Assembly (NCBI GenBank): GCA_963575745.1
Contig: CAUYUJ010000045.1
Span: forward strand, 62,001-119,131
Origin: Prorocentrum cordatum
Lineage: Eukaryota
Reading direction: 5' to 3'
Length of the DNA stretch: 57,131 nt
Shown: one piece after another, positions 24,600 through 36,889 of the stretch
Numbering within the stretch: the first letter of the stretch is position 1
Layout of the letters: each line of letters begins with the position of its first letter
Notes under the pieces: generated by a model
The model's input: the letters and a program-made list of their open reading frames with translations, nothing else
Databases searched by the model: none
What the model was told of the DNA's origin: nothing
Translations under genes and position numbers: made by a program

Positions 24600-24860
24600 A
24601 GAGGCCCCCGGGAAGCCCCAAGAGACCCCCAAGGGGCTCCCAGGGAACGCCCAAGAGGCCCCCCAACACACCCCAAGAAATCATGTCCCCAGAAAACCTT
24701 CCAGGGACGCGGTTCATCATGGGCCCGAGAGTTCCCAGAGGCCCCCAAGGGGCCTCAAGGGAACGCCCAAGAGACCCCCCAGCACACCCCAACAAACCAT
24801 GTCCCCAGAAGGCCTTCCGGGGACATGGTGCATCATGGGCCCGCGAGTTTCCGGAGGCTT
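24600..24860 (+). repeat. ~118-bp tandem duplication (CCAAGGGG..GGGAACGCCCAAGAG..CATGTCCCCAGAA..CATCATGGGCCCG)
   Basis: Two copies at ~24630-24740 and ~24745-24858. Confidence 0.75.
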
Positions 24861-24979
24861 CGAAACACCATCATGTTACAGGAGAACTGTCCGGGAAGTT
24901 GATTGGGAGCATGACTGATCGCCTTCTCGCGGCCCTCCATAGATTTGCCGTACAAAGTTGCCCCAAATCCCTTTTTGAA

Positions 24980-25034
24980 TCGACGACGACGACGAAACGA
25001 CGAAGACGACGACGACGACGACGACAACGACATT

Positions 25035-25068
<34 letters not shown>

Positions 25069-25085
25069 TGACGACGACGACGACT
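24980..25085. repeat. (GAC)n microsatellite
   Basis: Directly visible. Confidence 0.95.
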
Positions 25086-25329
25086 GCACGCACCAACAGG
25101 CTCCCCAAGACGCCCCAAAACCTATGCTCCCGGAAGGCTTTCTGGGAACCCGATTCATACGGTCTCCGCCCCTCGACACAACCATTTTCCTCGAAGGCCT
25201 TTTCGGAATGCAGTCTGGAATGCGGTTACTGTGGTCCACTATTTCAGCGGAGCAGCGAATTCGTCAAGGCATGGGGCTTGCTAGAACCTGAGCGCGCGCG
25301 AAGCGCGCGCGATGGTTCTAGTATAGCTA

Positions 25330-25512
25330 GGTGTGTATGTGTATATGTATGTGCATACTATATGTATGTGTATAGGCAGTTGTATTTCCATTTGTTTGTG
25401 TATTTGTTCTTGTATTTGTATGTATGTATGTATGCATGCATGCATGCATGCATGTATGTATGTATATATGTGGTGTATGTATGTGTGCAAATGTATGTGT
25501 ATGTGTTTATAT
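25330..25512. repeat. (TATG)n-like microsatellite
   Basis: Directly visible. Confidence 0.9.
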
Positions 25513-28500
25513 TTGGGGGACACGATGAGGGACCACGAGGGGCCGCCGATTTCGGGGGCCTCGGGTTTCTTCGCCAGGCGTCAGCAAAACACACATCAAA
25601 CCTTCTACTGGGACGGTATCGAGAGCATAGATCCCCGCCTCGCGACGCTGGGGCGCCCTTAGGCGTTCCGCAGGTTTCCTGGGGTGTTTTTGGGGGGCTG
25701 GGGAGCCAGGTCACCCCAAAGGGTGCGAAAATATACTCGCGCTTCACGCGTCGCGGCCTGAGCTCTAAGGGCGCCCCTCTCCAGAGCAGCGGCGCGAAGG
25801 CGCGAATATCAACGCGTTTTGGGAGCAACGCGGGGCCCGAGGGCGCAAAATCAGATGACCAATGGGGAGCTCGGCGCTCGTTCTGCAAGCAAGGGGGGGT
25901 GGGGAATGGGGACGGGTCCGCCCGCCGCGGGGGCGCAAAACGAGGGCCGCGCTCGTCGCTCCCGCGCGGTCTGGTCCCCCGCTCGAATCGAGGGCCGCGC
26001 TCGGCGCTCCCGTTCATGTCCTCGCGCGCCCGCGAGGGTCGCTTTTCTTCAGGGGCGCGGCGCGAGTTTGCGAGAGGGCGGCCGCACTTCGCATGTTCGC
26101 GCTGCGGGGCGTTGAATGACGGTCTGTTTGTGTCGCTTCGAACCCGCGACCGCCACGCCGCGGGCGTTCAAGGTTGAATGCCACCAGTGTCTTCTCGTCT
26201 CACGTTGAGCGATCTGCGCTATGGTCGCCCATGGTTAAGGTTTGAACGATCCACGCGGCGTCAGAAACCAGCGCACAAGTCGTCCCAACATGACTCGGCA
26301 GGCTTGCGCCGCATGCCAGGTCCGCTCGGCGCGCAGGGTCGTTTTGGAGCGCTTCTAGGGCCGTCTCCGAAGCAGCCCCGGGCCACTTCGGGAGGGTACA
26401 GGGATTTCCTCTGTGATTTTGCGGGCTAGGGGGCCAAGCCCAATGGCAGTCATCGCGGAGGTTATCCACGAGCCTCAATTCGGTGACAATTTGTTGTTTG
26501 GCCCCCCGTTTTGTCACACAGGGTGTCGAAAATGGGTCCCCTTTGTCACAGAGGGGGCCCTCCTCTTCAGTTCTTCTGCCGCGGGAGTTCCCGCTACGAG
26601 TGGGGAAGGGAAGACAAATGCGATGGCGGGAAGGGGATTAGGGGGACAGAAAAGAAAACGAAACAGGAGAGAAGGTCGACGACAGCACCGATGACAACAT
26701 TGTTTTTTATTGTTTTTTCCCCGTCCCGCTCGGGCAGCGATCTCCGAGCGCGCAGGCGCGCGCGAACCGCCGCCGATCACGATGCGCTGGCGTTCGGCCG
26801 ATGAGGCCTCCCTCCGCTGCTGCGGACCGGCGGCCCCTGTGCTACGGCTCAGTGAAGTTCTTCCCACGGATTGCGCTCGACCCACTCCCACGTGGTCCTC
26901 TGCTCCCAAGTTTGCTTGGGTTCCCAGCGCCCCTGGCCGCTCGTCCACTGACCTGTCCACTGATCTTCGCGCATTTCCTGGTCGCGGAACGCCGTTGTCA
27001 AGTCGCGCCAGGCGGATTCGACCCTGTCATTCGAATTCGAAGCAGCGGCGCCGCTCGGCCGTGGCCGTCCGCTCTCCTTGGCCCAGCAGCTTCCCCACCC
27101 TCCCCACCATTGGCCGCGCCAGGCCCCCGTGCCCCTGTGTTTTTTTTTGCTGCGTGGGCTCTCGTGGGTGCTCTGGTAGCGTTTCCTGCGGCTGCTGTTC
27201 TGGCAACCTTGGCCCGCGCGGCTGCGGGGGCTCTAAGGGCCGTTGCGGCGGCAACACCTGCGTCTGTTCCAGCGGCGAAGGCCTGGCTATTGCGTCGCCT
27301 GCCACCACCTTGGGGGCAATATTATCATATGCATTTATCATCCCCCTCCTTGTTATCATCCCTCGTCCTGCTCGTCATCCTCACTCTTCCCTCTTACCCT
27401 CCCCCTTACCTCCCCCTCCCTCCCCCCGCCCCCACGCCACGACCTTTTATCGCCTGCCGCGGGCCAGTTGCCCTCGCCGTCCACGACTGCGGCTGCCCAG
27501 TTTGGTGGCCACGACGCTTGTTGGGCGCGGGCGCCTTGCTCGTCCCCCTCGCGGTGCTGGTCTGGTGCAAGGTGCTCGGGCCCGTGCTGTCCAAACGCCG
27601 CGAGCGCAGCTGCTTGCGCTTTCTGGGCGCGCCTGTTTTTGTGTCTTTTTGTGCATCGTGTGTGTCGGCCGAGCGCGCGCTGATCATGCGCATTTGGAAC
27701 ATCAGAGGGTCGTAGGCGCCGCCGTGCCAGCGCCCATCCACCTCCACGATGTCCACGTCGAACGGTGTTGGCGTCGTCCAGCAGAGGAGCACCTCGCGGA
27801 CGCAAGAGAGGCGGCAGTGTCGGGCTTCGTTTTTTTGGTCGTCGGCGACGCGCCGTAGCCGATGCGCGGCGAATTTGGGTCGCGGCCTTCCAGGCGACAC
27901 ATTCCCCGTGCAATTGGAAACGGTTTGTTGGCAACGGTCCGCGCGACCTTGCGAAACACAATTGGTCACCCCACTTGGTTCCGCCGGACCACCCATTGCA
28001 TAACGATCGCGCTGGCGCGCGTCAGGCCGCGAACGGCCCGAACGCACCGCTGCTCGCGGGCGATCCCGCGGGCGCGAGATGGTCCGAACATAGCGGCGAC
28101 GGACGACGCGATGTGATTGGATGGCAGTGCGCTTGGGGGGAAACGGGGAGCTGGAAGAGGGGTAACGAAGTGGACGAAGAGAGGGGCACGAACCAGAAGG
28201 GGGTAAACAGGCGGGAGAGAAGGAAACAACGTAGGAGAAGGAGGGTGGCGAGGATGATGGAAGGAACGTAGAGAAGTAGGAGAAGGAGGAAGCGCAGGAG
28301 AAGGAGGACACGTAGGAGAAGGAGGAATGACAAATCTGATATGTACGAAAAGTAGGAGAAGGAGAGGACATGATGAAACGTAGGAAAAGTAGGAAAAGGA
28401 GGAACCGTAGGAGAAGGAGGAAGCGCGGGAAAAGGAGGGTGAGGAGGAACAGGACGAGGACCCTATTCTGTCACAGAGGGCCCCCGCCTCTCCGCTTAAT

Positions 28501-28781
28501 TGTCCCTTCTGTCACAGAGGGGCAGCATTGTGAACCAATTGAGGTTTGTGGATGAGCGTGGATTCAGTTTTATTCTCGTTGTTGACCTGATCTTCGATTC
28601 GGCCAGGGCCGCGAATTCAAGGACCAGCGCAGCCAATCTAGCCAGGAGGCCAGCTCAGTCCTCAGCCAAAAAACAGCCAACAACAATTTGGTTTCGTGGA
28701 TGCTTGGTTCCCGGGGGCTCATATCCGACGAGCCAGCGGGAGGAACGATTCCCGCCTTGCACTCGAGGGGCGGTGGCCGAG

Positions 28782-29957
28782 GTGATGCGGAACCTGAAGG
28801 ACGGGCACAAGAAGCCCCGTCTCCTCGATATCAAGATGGGCCAGAAGACCGGGCAGGCTGGATGGCAGGGCAAGTCGCGCACGGCGGCGCTTCGGCAGAG
28901 CATCGTCGATGGCGTCACCAACTCGGCCTGCGAGGGCTTTAGGCTCGAGGGTTTCGACAATCGCCCGCCGGTGCTGGACTCCATGGATCCACTGCTCGAC
29001 GTCGGGGGCTCTGACAGCAAGAAGATCCAGAAGAAGGCGCAACGCATCATGTTGCAGCGCATGTCGGGCGCCGAGATGATGATGCACTATCTAGATGTCC
29101 ACCAGGAGCTGCGCAACCCAGGAGAGGATGCCCTCAGCGACGTGCTGGGGCCTTCCGAGGTTACGGAGATCTCCCTCTACGAGGCCGTGTGCCGGCTGAC
29201 CTCCTTGGCCGTGGCTTGCAGGTGTTCGCCAGTCCCGCAGAAGTGGATCGGCAGTTCTGTGGCGCTCGGGTTCGACTGTGGTGAGCTACCGCCCAGGTCC
29301 ACGGGGACGGCGGACCTCAAGAGGCACGCCGTCACGGCGATATTCGATTGGGGCAGATCAGAGCTGAACACGGTCGAGAAGCACATGCAGATGTCGGACA
29401 GTGAGCAGAAGGATCGCTCGGAGTTCTGGTGTTACTACGTGGGCGGGGTGGACCGCCTCGCGTGGGAGGCGGCGCGCGCCTACAAGCACCGGTTCTGCAC
29501 CGCCGACGACTGGAAGTATTTTATGTTCACAGTCTATGACTTCGACTCCCTCACGGCCAACGACTTCATCGGCAGGGTGAAGGTCCCCGTCGAGAACACA
29601 GCACGCCAGCAGTTGTCTATCACCGATGCCGATGGGGAGCCTACCAGGGGCCAGCTGGAGATCTCCATCGAGTGGTGCCCGTACCCCAAGGGATCGCGGC
29701 TTAAGGGCGCCTGGCAGGTCACGGTGTTGAAGGCCACGGATCTTCCCGCGTACGACAAGATGATGATGAGGAGCACTAACGACGCCTTCGTGGAGGTGGT
29801 CGCGATTTCCAACAACGGCAAGAATTGCTTCCGGCAGGTCACCTCCGTCAAGGCGAAGTCCACCTTGCCCGAGTGGAACGAAACATTCGAGGTGCCTGTG
29901 ATGAACTCGAAGAACCAGCTCAGCCGCGCGCTCGCGTCTGCCTCTGCGACACTTGAG
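28782..29957 (+). CDS. Large exon of a host gene: inositol polyphosphate kinase (IPK/IPMK family) domain followed by C2 domains
   Basis: PRLLDIKMG (PxxxDxKxG), GFRLEG, SSV, IFDWG. C2 motifs VYDFDSLTANDFIGRV and VTVLKATDLPAYD..DAFVEV..PEWNETFEV. AG|G acceptor at 28781/2 and GAG|GT donor at 29957/8 are inferred. Confidence 0.85.
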
Positions 29958-30500
29958 GTGGTTAGGATGCAACTCCTGGCTTCTATCCGTGATCGATCAC
30001 TGGCCCATTCCAGTAGAATCCCGGCTAGCCCAGCTTACTCCCGCTGAATATGATTGGGCAAATCCGGCTGAGTGGTCCATTCGTTCTTACAAAGACCTAT
30101 TAGAAGTTGTTTCCTAAAGGTGGTGCCCCTGAGCGCCATGCTGCCCATGGAGGAATCGAATACCATGCGACTGCATAAACATAACCTCTCGGAGGTCAGC
30201 GCGGAGTTTATTGGATTGGCTTTGGACCCCCCTTCCTGCCGCGCGGAGCGCGCAAGGGGTGGCGCCAGAGGTGCCGCCATGGGGGGCGCAGCGCCGAACC
30301 GAGACATCCGCATAGAGTTCCGAGAGTTTAGATTTATACGTCATCGATCCTACCAATATTGCTACTCCCCGGACCTCTTCCAGGGTGCGTGCTGACCAGA
30401 ATTTCGTGGCGAATCCAGCCGTGGCGACGAGAGCCTCCCAGCAGGCCGAAAAAAGAAAAACGAGGCAATGGCAGTAGTATCAATACCTTCATCGTCAAAG

Positions 30501-30674
30501 GAGGAGGTCCACCTCGCTGCGTCCGTGTTCAAGCGGCGGCGCACGCTGACGAAGACGCTGACTAGGCTGCTCAACAGCACCTCCAAGGCCGAGCTGGACC
30601 ACAGCGTCATCGATAGGGCGTTCGCCGACTGGGTCTCCCGCCTGGACTTCGCCGCAGCCGAGCAGATCCGCAAG
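30501..30674 (+). CDS. Probable next exon of the IPK-C2 gene (EEVHLAASVFKRRRTLTKTL...AEQIRK)
   Basis: High-GC3 island, AAAG|GAG acceptor, phase-0 compatible with the previous exon, AAG|GA donor. Confidence 0.6.
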
Positions 30675-30867
30675 GATCGAAGAAAGAAAACAACACATTT
30701 TTGATTCGCGGGTCGAGAGCGCACCTCTTCCGGTCGAAGCTAAGCGGGCCGCGCGAAGCTTGAAATAACAAAGAGGGGGGGAAGGGAAGGAGCGCAGCCT
30801 CACGGCGAGGCCAGGAGGAGGCAAAACCTCGGGATCAGGCGGTGCCGAAAACGACGTGCTTGCAAAG

Positions 30868-31035
30868 GAACGCCTTGTACAGGAACCCGGCGGCGAAGTA
30901 CCAGCAGAAGCAAAATGCTGTGGTTGGTGTTGCCGTCCACGGCTCATCATGTACACCAGCTTCGAGTTGGCGGCGAGAGGAGACGCGCCTTGCACCCAAG
31001 CGGCGTCGACCAGGGAAGGTGGAGAGCATCGCTGA
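30868..31035 (+). CDS. Possible terminal exon of the IPK-C2 gene (ERLVQEPGGEVPAEAKCCGWCC...)
   Basis: CAAAG|GAA acceptor, phase 0, TGA at 31033-31035. Weak support. Confidence 0.35.
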   Translation, partial: ERLVQEPGGEVPAEAKCCGWCCRPRLIMYTSFELAARGDAPCTQAASTREGGEHR

Positions 31036-31832
31036 GCCGAAGTGCAACGTTGTGCCATCGAACAGGTAGCAGGAGCGGGTGGCCCAGGCCGTGGTCGTCC
31101 AGGGTGCCACGGGTCCAGGGTACGGGAGCCGCAGTGATTGAGGCGCGGCAGCCAGGACACGCCAGGATCATGCCGCCTGTAACGACCGACGAAGTGCCGG
31201 TGTGCTGCAGGAGGTGGAACGAGTCCTGCCCTGCAGTGGCGAGCGCACGGGACCGCGCCGAAGCCGCGCTGTGCCAGGGCGCTGCCGTTGTCCGCGCAAA
31301 AAAAGAAGAAAACAAACCATGGAATCCAGGCGTCTCAATATTTGCCCTTTCTAGGGCCCCAGGACCCTCACATATCGATTCGGCTCGAAAAACGGCGCAG
31401 ACACAGAGGGTCTGGAGCTCTGGTCGTGATTTTCCGCGATGTCTCATTTTTTCCGCGACGCCGTCCGTCAGGGATACCGCTACCTTTGCCTCGTTTTCGC
31501 CCCTATGGCTTATAGGCTTTTTGGGAGGCCCTCATCGCCATGGCCATGGCTGGATTCGCCTCGAACTCGTGGTCAGAACGCACCTCGGACAGCTCTGGAG
31601 AGTAGCGTATCGTTGCCGTTCGGTTCCCCAGAGGCACAAACGGCATTGACATAAGCAAGTGTTCCGAGTTCTGCGCGGATTTCTTGGATCCGCGCCGGGC
31701 CCCCTCTGGCCCCGCGTCCGGCGCCGCCGCCTGACGCGTTCCGCGCGCCAGGGAGGGACGGGGGCCCATCGCCGATCCGAAACACGCGTTATATGTATAC
31801 ACGCAATATACGATATATGTATATACATATGT

Positions 31833-33335
31833 ATAATGTACAAAACGAGTTGAGCTCAGGAAACCTCAAGAAACCCACCCACCCGACCTCCACACCGCCC
31901 CCACGGCGGCCAGGGGAAGGGGGAGGGCAGACTAGGGACGTGCAGGCGAAGCCTGTACAAACAGGAGCGTGCATCAGGCGAAACCTGTACGGAATAGCAG
32001 AAACAGCAAGCGTCATTCACGATTATCACGATAACCATCTTCCCTTTTTCAACAGACCACGAGATGACCAAAGCCATAACGCTTGCTGTTGGAGAGCATT
32101 GTTGGACCAACGCTATACATTAATACCCGCTAGAAGACTTTCATTTCATCATAATGTACAAACGAGTTGAGCTCAGGAGGCCTCAAGAAACCCACCCACC
32201 CGACCCCCACACCGCCCCCACGGCGGCCAGGGGAAGGGGGAGGGCAGACTAGGGACGTGCAGGCGAAGCCTGTACAAACAGGAGCGTTCATCAGGCGAAA
32301 CCTGTACGGAATAGCAGAAACAGCAAGCGTCATTCACGACTATCACGATAACCATCCCCCTGTTTCAACAGACCACGAGATGACCAAAGCCATAACGCTT
32401 GCTGTTGGAGAGCATTGTTGGACCAACACTATACATTAATACCCGTTAGAAAACGTTCATGTCATCATAATGTACAAACGAGTTGAGATCAGGAAACCTC
32501 AAGAAACCCACCCACCCGACCCCCACACCGCCCCCACGGCGGCCAGGGGAAGGGGGAGGACAGACTAGGGACGTGCAGGCGAAGCCTGTGCAAACAGGAG
32601 CGTGCATCAGGCGAAACTTGTACGGAATAGCAGAAACAGCAAGCGTCATTCACGACTATCACGATAACCATCTCCCCTGTTTCAACAGACCACGAGATGA
32701 CCAAAGCCATAACGCTTGCTGTTGGAGAGCATTGCTGGACCAACACTATACATTAATACCCGCAAGAAACTTTCATTTCATCATAATGTACAAACGAGTT
32801 GAGCTCAGGAAGCCTCAAGAAACCCACCCACCCGACCCCCACACCGCCCCCACGGCGGCCAGGGGAAAGGGGAGGGCAGACTAGGGACGTGCAGGCGAAG
32901 CCTGTACAAACAGGAGCGTGCATCAGGCGAAACCTGTACGGAATAGCAGAAACAGCAAGCGTCATTCACGACTATCACGATAACCATCCCCCTGTTTCAA
33001 CAGACCACGAGATGACCAAAGCCATAACGCTTGCTGTTGGAGAGCATTGTTGGACCAACACTATACATTAATACCCGTTAGAAGACTTTCATGTCATCAT
33101 AATGTACAAACGAGTTGAGCTCAGGAAACCTCAAGAAACCCACCCACCCGACCCCCACACCGCCCCCACGGCGGCCAGGGGAAGGGGGAGGACAGACTAG
33201 GGACGTGCAGGCGAAGCCTGTACAAACAGGAGCGTGCATCAGGCGAAACCTGTACGGAATAGCAGAAACAGCAAGCGTCATTCACGACTATCACGATAAC
33301 CATCTCCCCTGTTTCAACAGACCACGAGATGACCA
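31833..33335 (-). repeat. 316-bp tandem array (4.75 units) = B(AB)4 terminal repeats of YR element 3
   Basis: Units start at 31833, 32151, 32467, 32783 and 33099. Confidence 0.95.
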
Positions 33336-33520
33336 CAACCATATCTCATGTCACGTGTCAGTTCTGACGTGCTGCAAACTGCCATCTGACATCTCCCTCG
33401 GCCGAGGGCTTCAACTCATGATAGACTTCATCCACTTTGACAAAGGACGTATGAACTCCCAGCCGTACTCCGAGAATGGGCTCTGAGATGATGCCAAACT
33501 CCGGTGTCCGATCTATGATA

Positions 33521-34717
33521 CTATATGGTTTGTAATGTCGTCAGAGCCAAACCCCGGTAGCGTACCACAGCCAATCCAATTGAGAATGGGCCCACCTGCC
33601 GAGATGAAACCAAAAGGGGGCGAATGGTGGGCAGTTGGAGTCCTTCGCGTGCGGTGAGCGTTGACCTGAGCACGGAGGCATCGACTGCCGCCTCGATAGC
33701 ATCTTTGAGTCTGGACGTGATGCGGTCCAGTTCACCTCCCAGATCGGCACCAGTCAAGGCCCATAGAGGATTGGCCCACTGAAGGTCAAACCCCAGACGA
33801 GCGAAATAATAGCGAACAGCCAGAACTTTCTCCTCGACTAAGAGCACCTCCCAGTCCCAGATGAAGGAGCTCTCCGTGAAATTGAACTGTGAGGAGAGCC
33901 GCGCCGCCACAGGCGCCCGTACAGACACAGCATTGATTGATCCCCACAATTCAATTGCCAAGTCATCTGGGACAACCGTCAAGCCGCGTTCGAGCTCCTT
34001 CATCATACTAGGGCGAGAGCGCGCCCCGATGTCCACGACAAAACGCCCGCCTGTCACGTTCAGGCGGCACCCCAGTATATCTATGCCCGACCATGCTTCG
34101 TCAACGAACGTAGCTGAATTCCTCGCAACTGCAAGCGCGACTCCACTCACGGCCATGGTGAGGCTCCTGGCCGCGAGCGCCACAGCTCCCCCTGCTCCTG
34201 CCACATCCTCCACCAAGGACGCCGCAGCCTCGGCGCTCCTGGACATGTTAGGGAAGATGCTCGGAGGGAAGATGACGAAGAGCACCAGGAGGAGGATGGC
34301 AGGAACGAAACACGGCCTACACACTGACCTGGCCACCTTACTGCAATTGACAGGCATCTTGACGAAGCTCACCTTGGGCACTCTGACTGGATATATTCTG
34401 GGCTGGGTCTGGGCGTAGAACTGCAGTCCTCCCGGTATCGCATGTCCTGCTGCTTCTGGAGGGGGCGCGGACACCACCGTGGGCGGCGGCAGCATCCCAG
34501 AGCTCTTGGCCTTGGGCGGTGTGAGCACCAGCGAGACCGCCCCTGGGGAAGCCGCCCTGGACGCCGCCCCCGACGGAGGAGCACTTGTACACTGTACCCA
34601 GCTGGTGGGTGTCCCAGGTGTGCTCGGCAGGGGTGGTACGTTCTCCATCCATGCCAACTCGGGGCCCTTGACCCAGCCCCCAGATGTCTTGTCCTTCACG
34701 TAGCCCTCGGGAGCCAC
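33521..34717 (-). CDS. Extra ORF of YR element 3 (398 aa, Pro-rich N-terminus, predicted transmembrane helix), unknown function
   Basis: Uninterrupted ORF between YR and the B repeat; hydrophobic FVPAILLLVLFVIFPPSIF. Start codon uncertain. Confidence 0.65.
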   Translation of the reverse strand: MAPEGYVKDKTSGGWVKGPELAWMENVPPLPSTPGTPTSWVQCTSAPPSGAASRAASPGAVSLVLTPPKAKSSGMLPPPTVVSAPPPEAAGHAIPGGLQFYAQTQPRIYPVRVPKVSFVKMPVNCSKVARSVCRPCFVPAILLLVLFVIFPPSIFPNMSRSAEAAASLVEDVAGAGGAVALAARSLTMAVSGVALAVARNSATFVDEAWSGIDILGCRLNVTGGRFVVDIGARSRPSMMKELERGLTVVPDDLAIELWGSINAVSVRAPVAARLSSQFNFTESSFIWDWEVLLVEEKVLAVRYYFARLGFDLQWANPLWALTGADLGGELDRITSRLKDAIEAAVDASVLRSTLTAREGLQLPTIRPLLVSSRQVGPFSIGLAVVRYRGLALTTLQTI

Positions 34718-34781
34718 GCCCTGGTACTTGATGCGCTCCCCAGATGAACGCTGGAAAGTACTGGCGCCAGCCCCTTTTGAG

Positions 34782-35700
34782 TCAGTACAGCTGTTGCGCG
34801 AAGCCCTTCGTGTTTAGCTGGGTGAGGATGTGGCTCGCGCCAACGATGTCGAGATAAATGCGCAGACTCCCATCCGAAATCCACTTCCCTCGTTCTCGAA
34901 CTTCTTCAAACGAGAGCCCTTCGGCCCTCGAATGACTGGCCCATCCTGCTCTGGGGCTGCGAGGCCCCCACCCCATGGATAATCCAAGCGAGCCCTCGGT
35001 ATCTTTGAGAACCTTGCGGTACTGAGCCAAGCTGTAGGGGGAGAGCGGGGCGCCAGCCGGGGTGGCCTTCGTGATGTCCTCTAGCACCTCCAGGATGTCC
35101 TGGCCCTCCTGAAAGATACGAGCCACCTGGGGCCTTGAGCTTCGTCCCCGTCCGAGCCCCGAGAGCAATTGATACCGCGGCGAGGTTGATGTTCTCGCCC
35201 AGATCGCGAGGGAAGATGAGATCCTCAGGTAGTATGCCCAAGAGCTCCGAGGGACGCAGACCCGTATGGCACTGGACGATGAGAGCAAAGCCCAGACGGG
35301 GGTCCCCCCTGGAAGCCATGTGGACCCCGAGGAGCTTGCCAGGCAACTTCCCGAGAGGTACCTTGCGCTTGCGTCTTATTTTTCTTTCCCATCCAGCAAT
35401 CACTGCCTTGCCCCATAGAAGTTTTCCTCGCATCCGAGAGAAGAACTCCACTGACGCAACTGCATTCACGAACTTAGCTGGAGTGAGGTGCTCAATCTGA
35501 CCATTGTTGAACTCAACTAAGAGATCGTCCCATTCGTCAGCACCGCTGGGACGGAGACCGCGCTGCAGGGCCCAAGTCGAGAACCTGAGCCCCGCGCTGC
35601 GATAAACTTGTAAAGTCTTCTCGGTCACCCGAGCTGCTTGGTCAGGGTCGACTCGGCGAGGTCTTGCACGCCGAGCGCACCAGGCCACGCCACTTCTTTC
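34782..35700 (-). pseudogene. Tyrosine recombinase of YR element 3 (frameshift near 35130)
   Basis: TEKTLQVYRS, HTGLRPSELL and GTK in one frame; RSPRAGWAS and RGKWISDGSLRIYLD in a second frame. Confidence 0.88.
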
Positions 35701-36760
35701 TAGACAACTCATCCGCTGTCTGGTGTGCGGTGTCCACCCAGGGTATGTATAGTTTGATGCCCGTCGCCACTGAGAGTGCACTTATCTTCCTCAGCAGGTA
35801 GTGCAGATGCGGGGCCGGCGACCGCCCCTTCGCCGCTGCTGAGGCCAGAGGCTCATTGTCCTCCATGTTGCAGACAGCGTGGTCATGAGCTGCTGGGAGT
35901 AGTGAGAGGACCTGGCATAACCTGACCACGGCACGGCCCTCGCCCAGAATGATGTGGTCCGGGGCTCGCCATCTGCCTGCATCCAGCTCGTGCCGCATCT
36001 CCTGAGGAATCTGCAACATTGTACGCGGGATGCGGGAAACTGGAATGCGTCCTCGCAGCTCGCGGTCGGCACGGTTCAGGTGCAGGACCGCGCCGCCCAG
36101 CCTCGACATTGCGTGCCCAGGCTTCGTGCCCGCTGCTATAACCTCCTCTGACTCCTCAATGGTGATGGGCGCCCCGACGATTCCGTATCCGCCGTGATCG
36201 GTCCGATTAGCTCCCTCCGCGTCCGACGCGAACAGGAGCGGCGCCGCGGGTGGGTCCAGCACGCAGGTCATCATCGGGACCAGGTCCCGCATGACGCGCA
36301 CCTCTCGGCGGACCGAGGCCCACTAGCGCGCAACTTGCCCCTGTCTCTTCTCCAACAGGTCGAAAACACCGGCAGGGGCGGCCATGAGTCCGCGCCTCAG
36401 TAGCGCCCCCCACAGCCATGCACCCACCAGGGCCCTGAGCAGTTCCACGTCCACCCAGGGCGTCTCCATGATCCACGTCAGCGCCGCCTCCAAGTAGATG
36501 GCCTTGGTACTCGCCAACCTCAGGCGAGGCGGACTGCTCTGCAACTCGTAGCCCACGATCTAGGAGCCCTCCTCGATCTTCTCGCGCTCGTTGACAACGA
36601 ACCTTGCCTGCTCCCACGCGCCGGCGACCTGCTGCATCATCTGCTCGCTCACCTTGTCTGCCGATCCTCCGCCGGGAGACGCTGCGGCACTCAGCCCGTC
36701 GCCCACGTGCACGTAGATCGCCAGCACGGCCACCCCGGCGATAGAGCTCACTCAGCACAA
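35642..36760 (-). pseudogene. C-terminal RT half (motif C region) + RNase H of YR element 3
   Basis: IYVHVGDG (likely HVDD), IVGYEL, FASDAEG, HIILGEGRA, EDNE..KGRS, WVDTAHQTADELSR. Confidence 0.85.
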
Positions 36761-36889
36761 AGAGGCCTTCCTTCTCCTTCTCGTAACTCCATTGTGTATG
36801 CCGAGGCTTTTCACGCCCCGTTCTCAGCCACCCCCCTAGCCCCTGGCCCGTGGTCGGCATCCGCAGCGCTGTCTTGACCACACTCAGGG

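Noticed and set aside
22714..28371. Several 200-400 aa ORFs
   Set aside because: Low-complexity or GC-rich sequence with no recognisable motifs; small exons cannot be excluded.
26510..28525. Recurring TGTCACAGAGGG motif (26512, 26544, 28469, 28510) as transposon ends
   Set aside because: All copies are in the same orientation; no inverted pair or target duplication.
31833..33335. CRISPR-like or RNA-gene array
   Set aside because: Units are near-identical throughout with no unique spacers, and are explained as retrotransposon terminal repeats.
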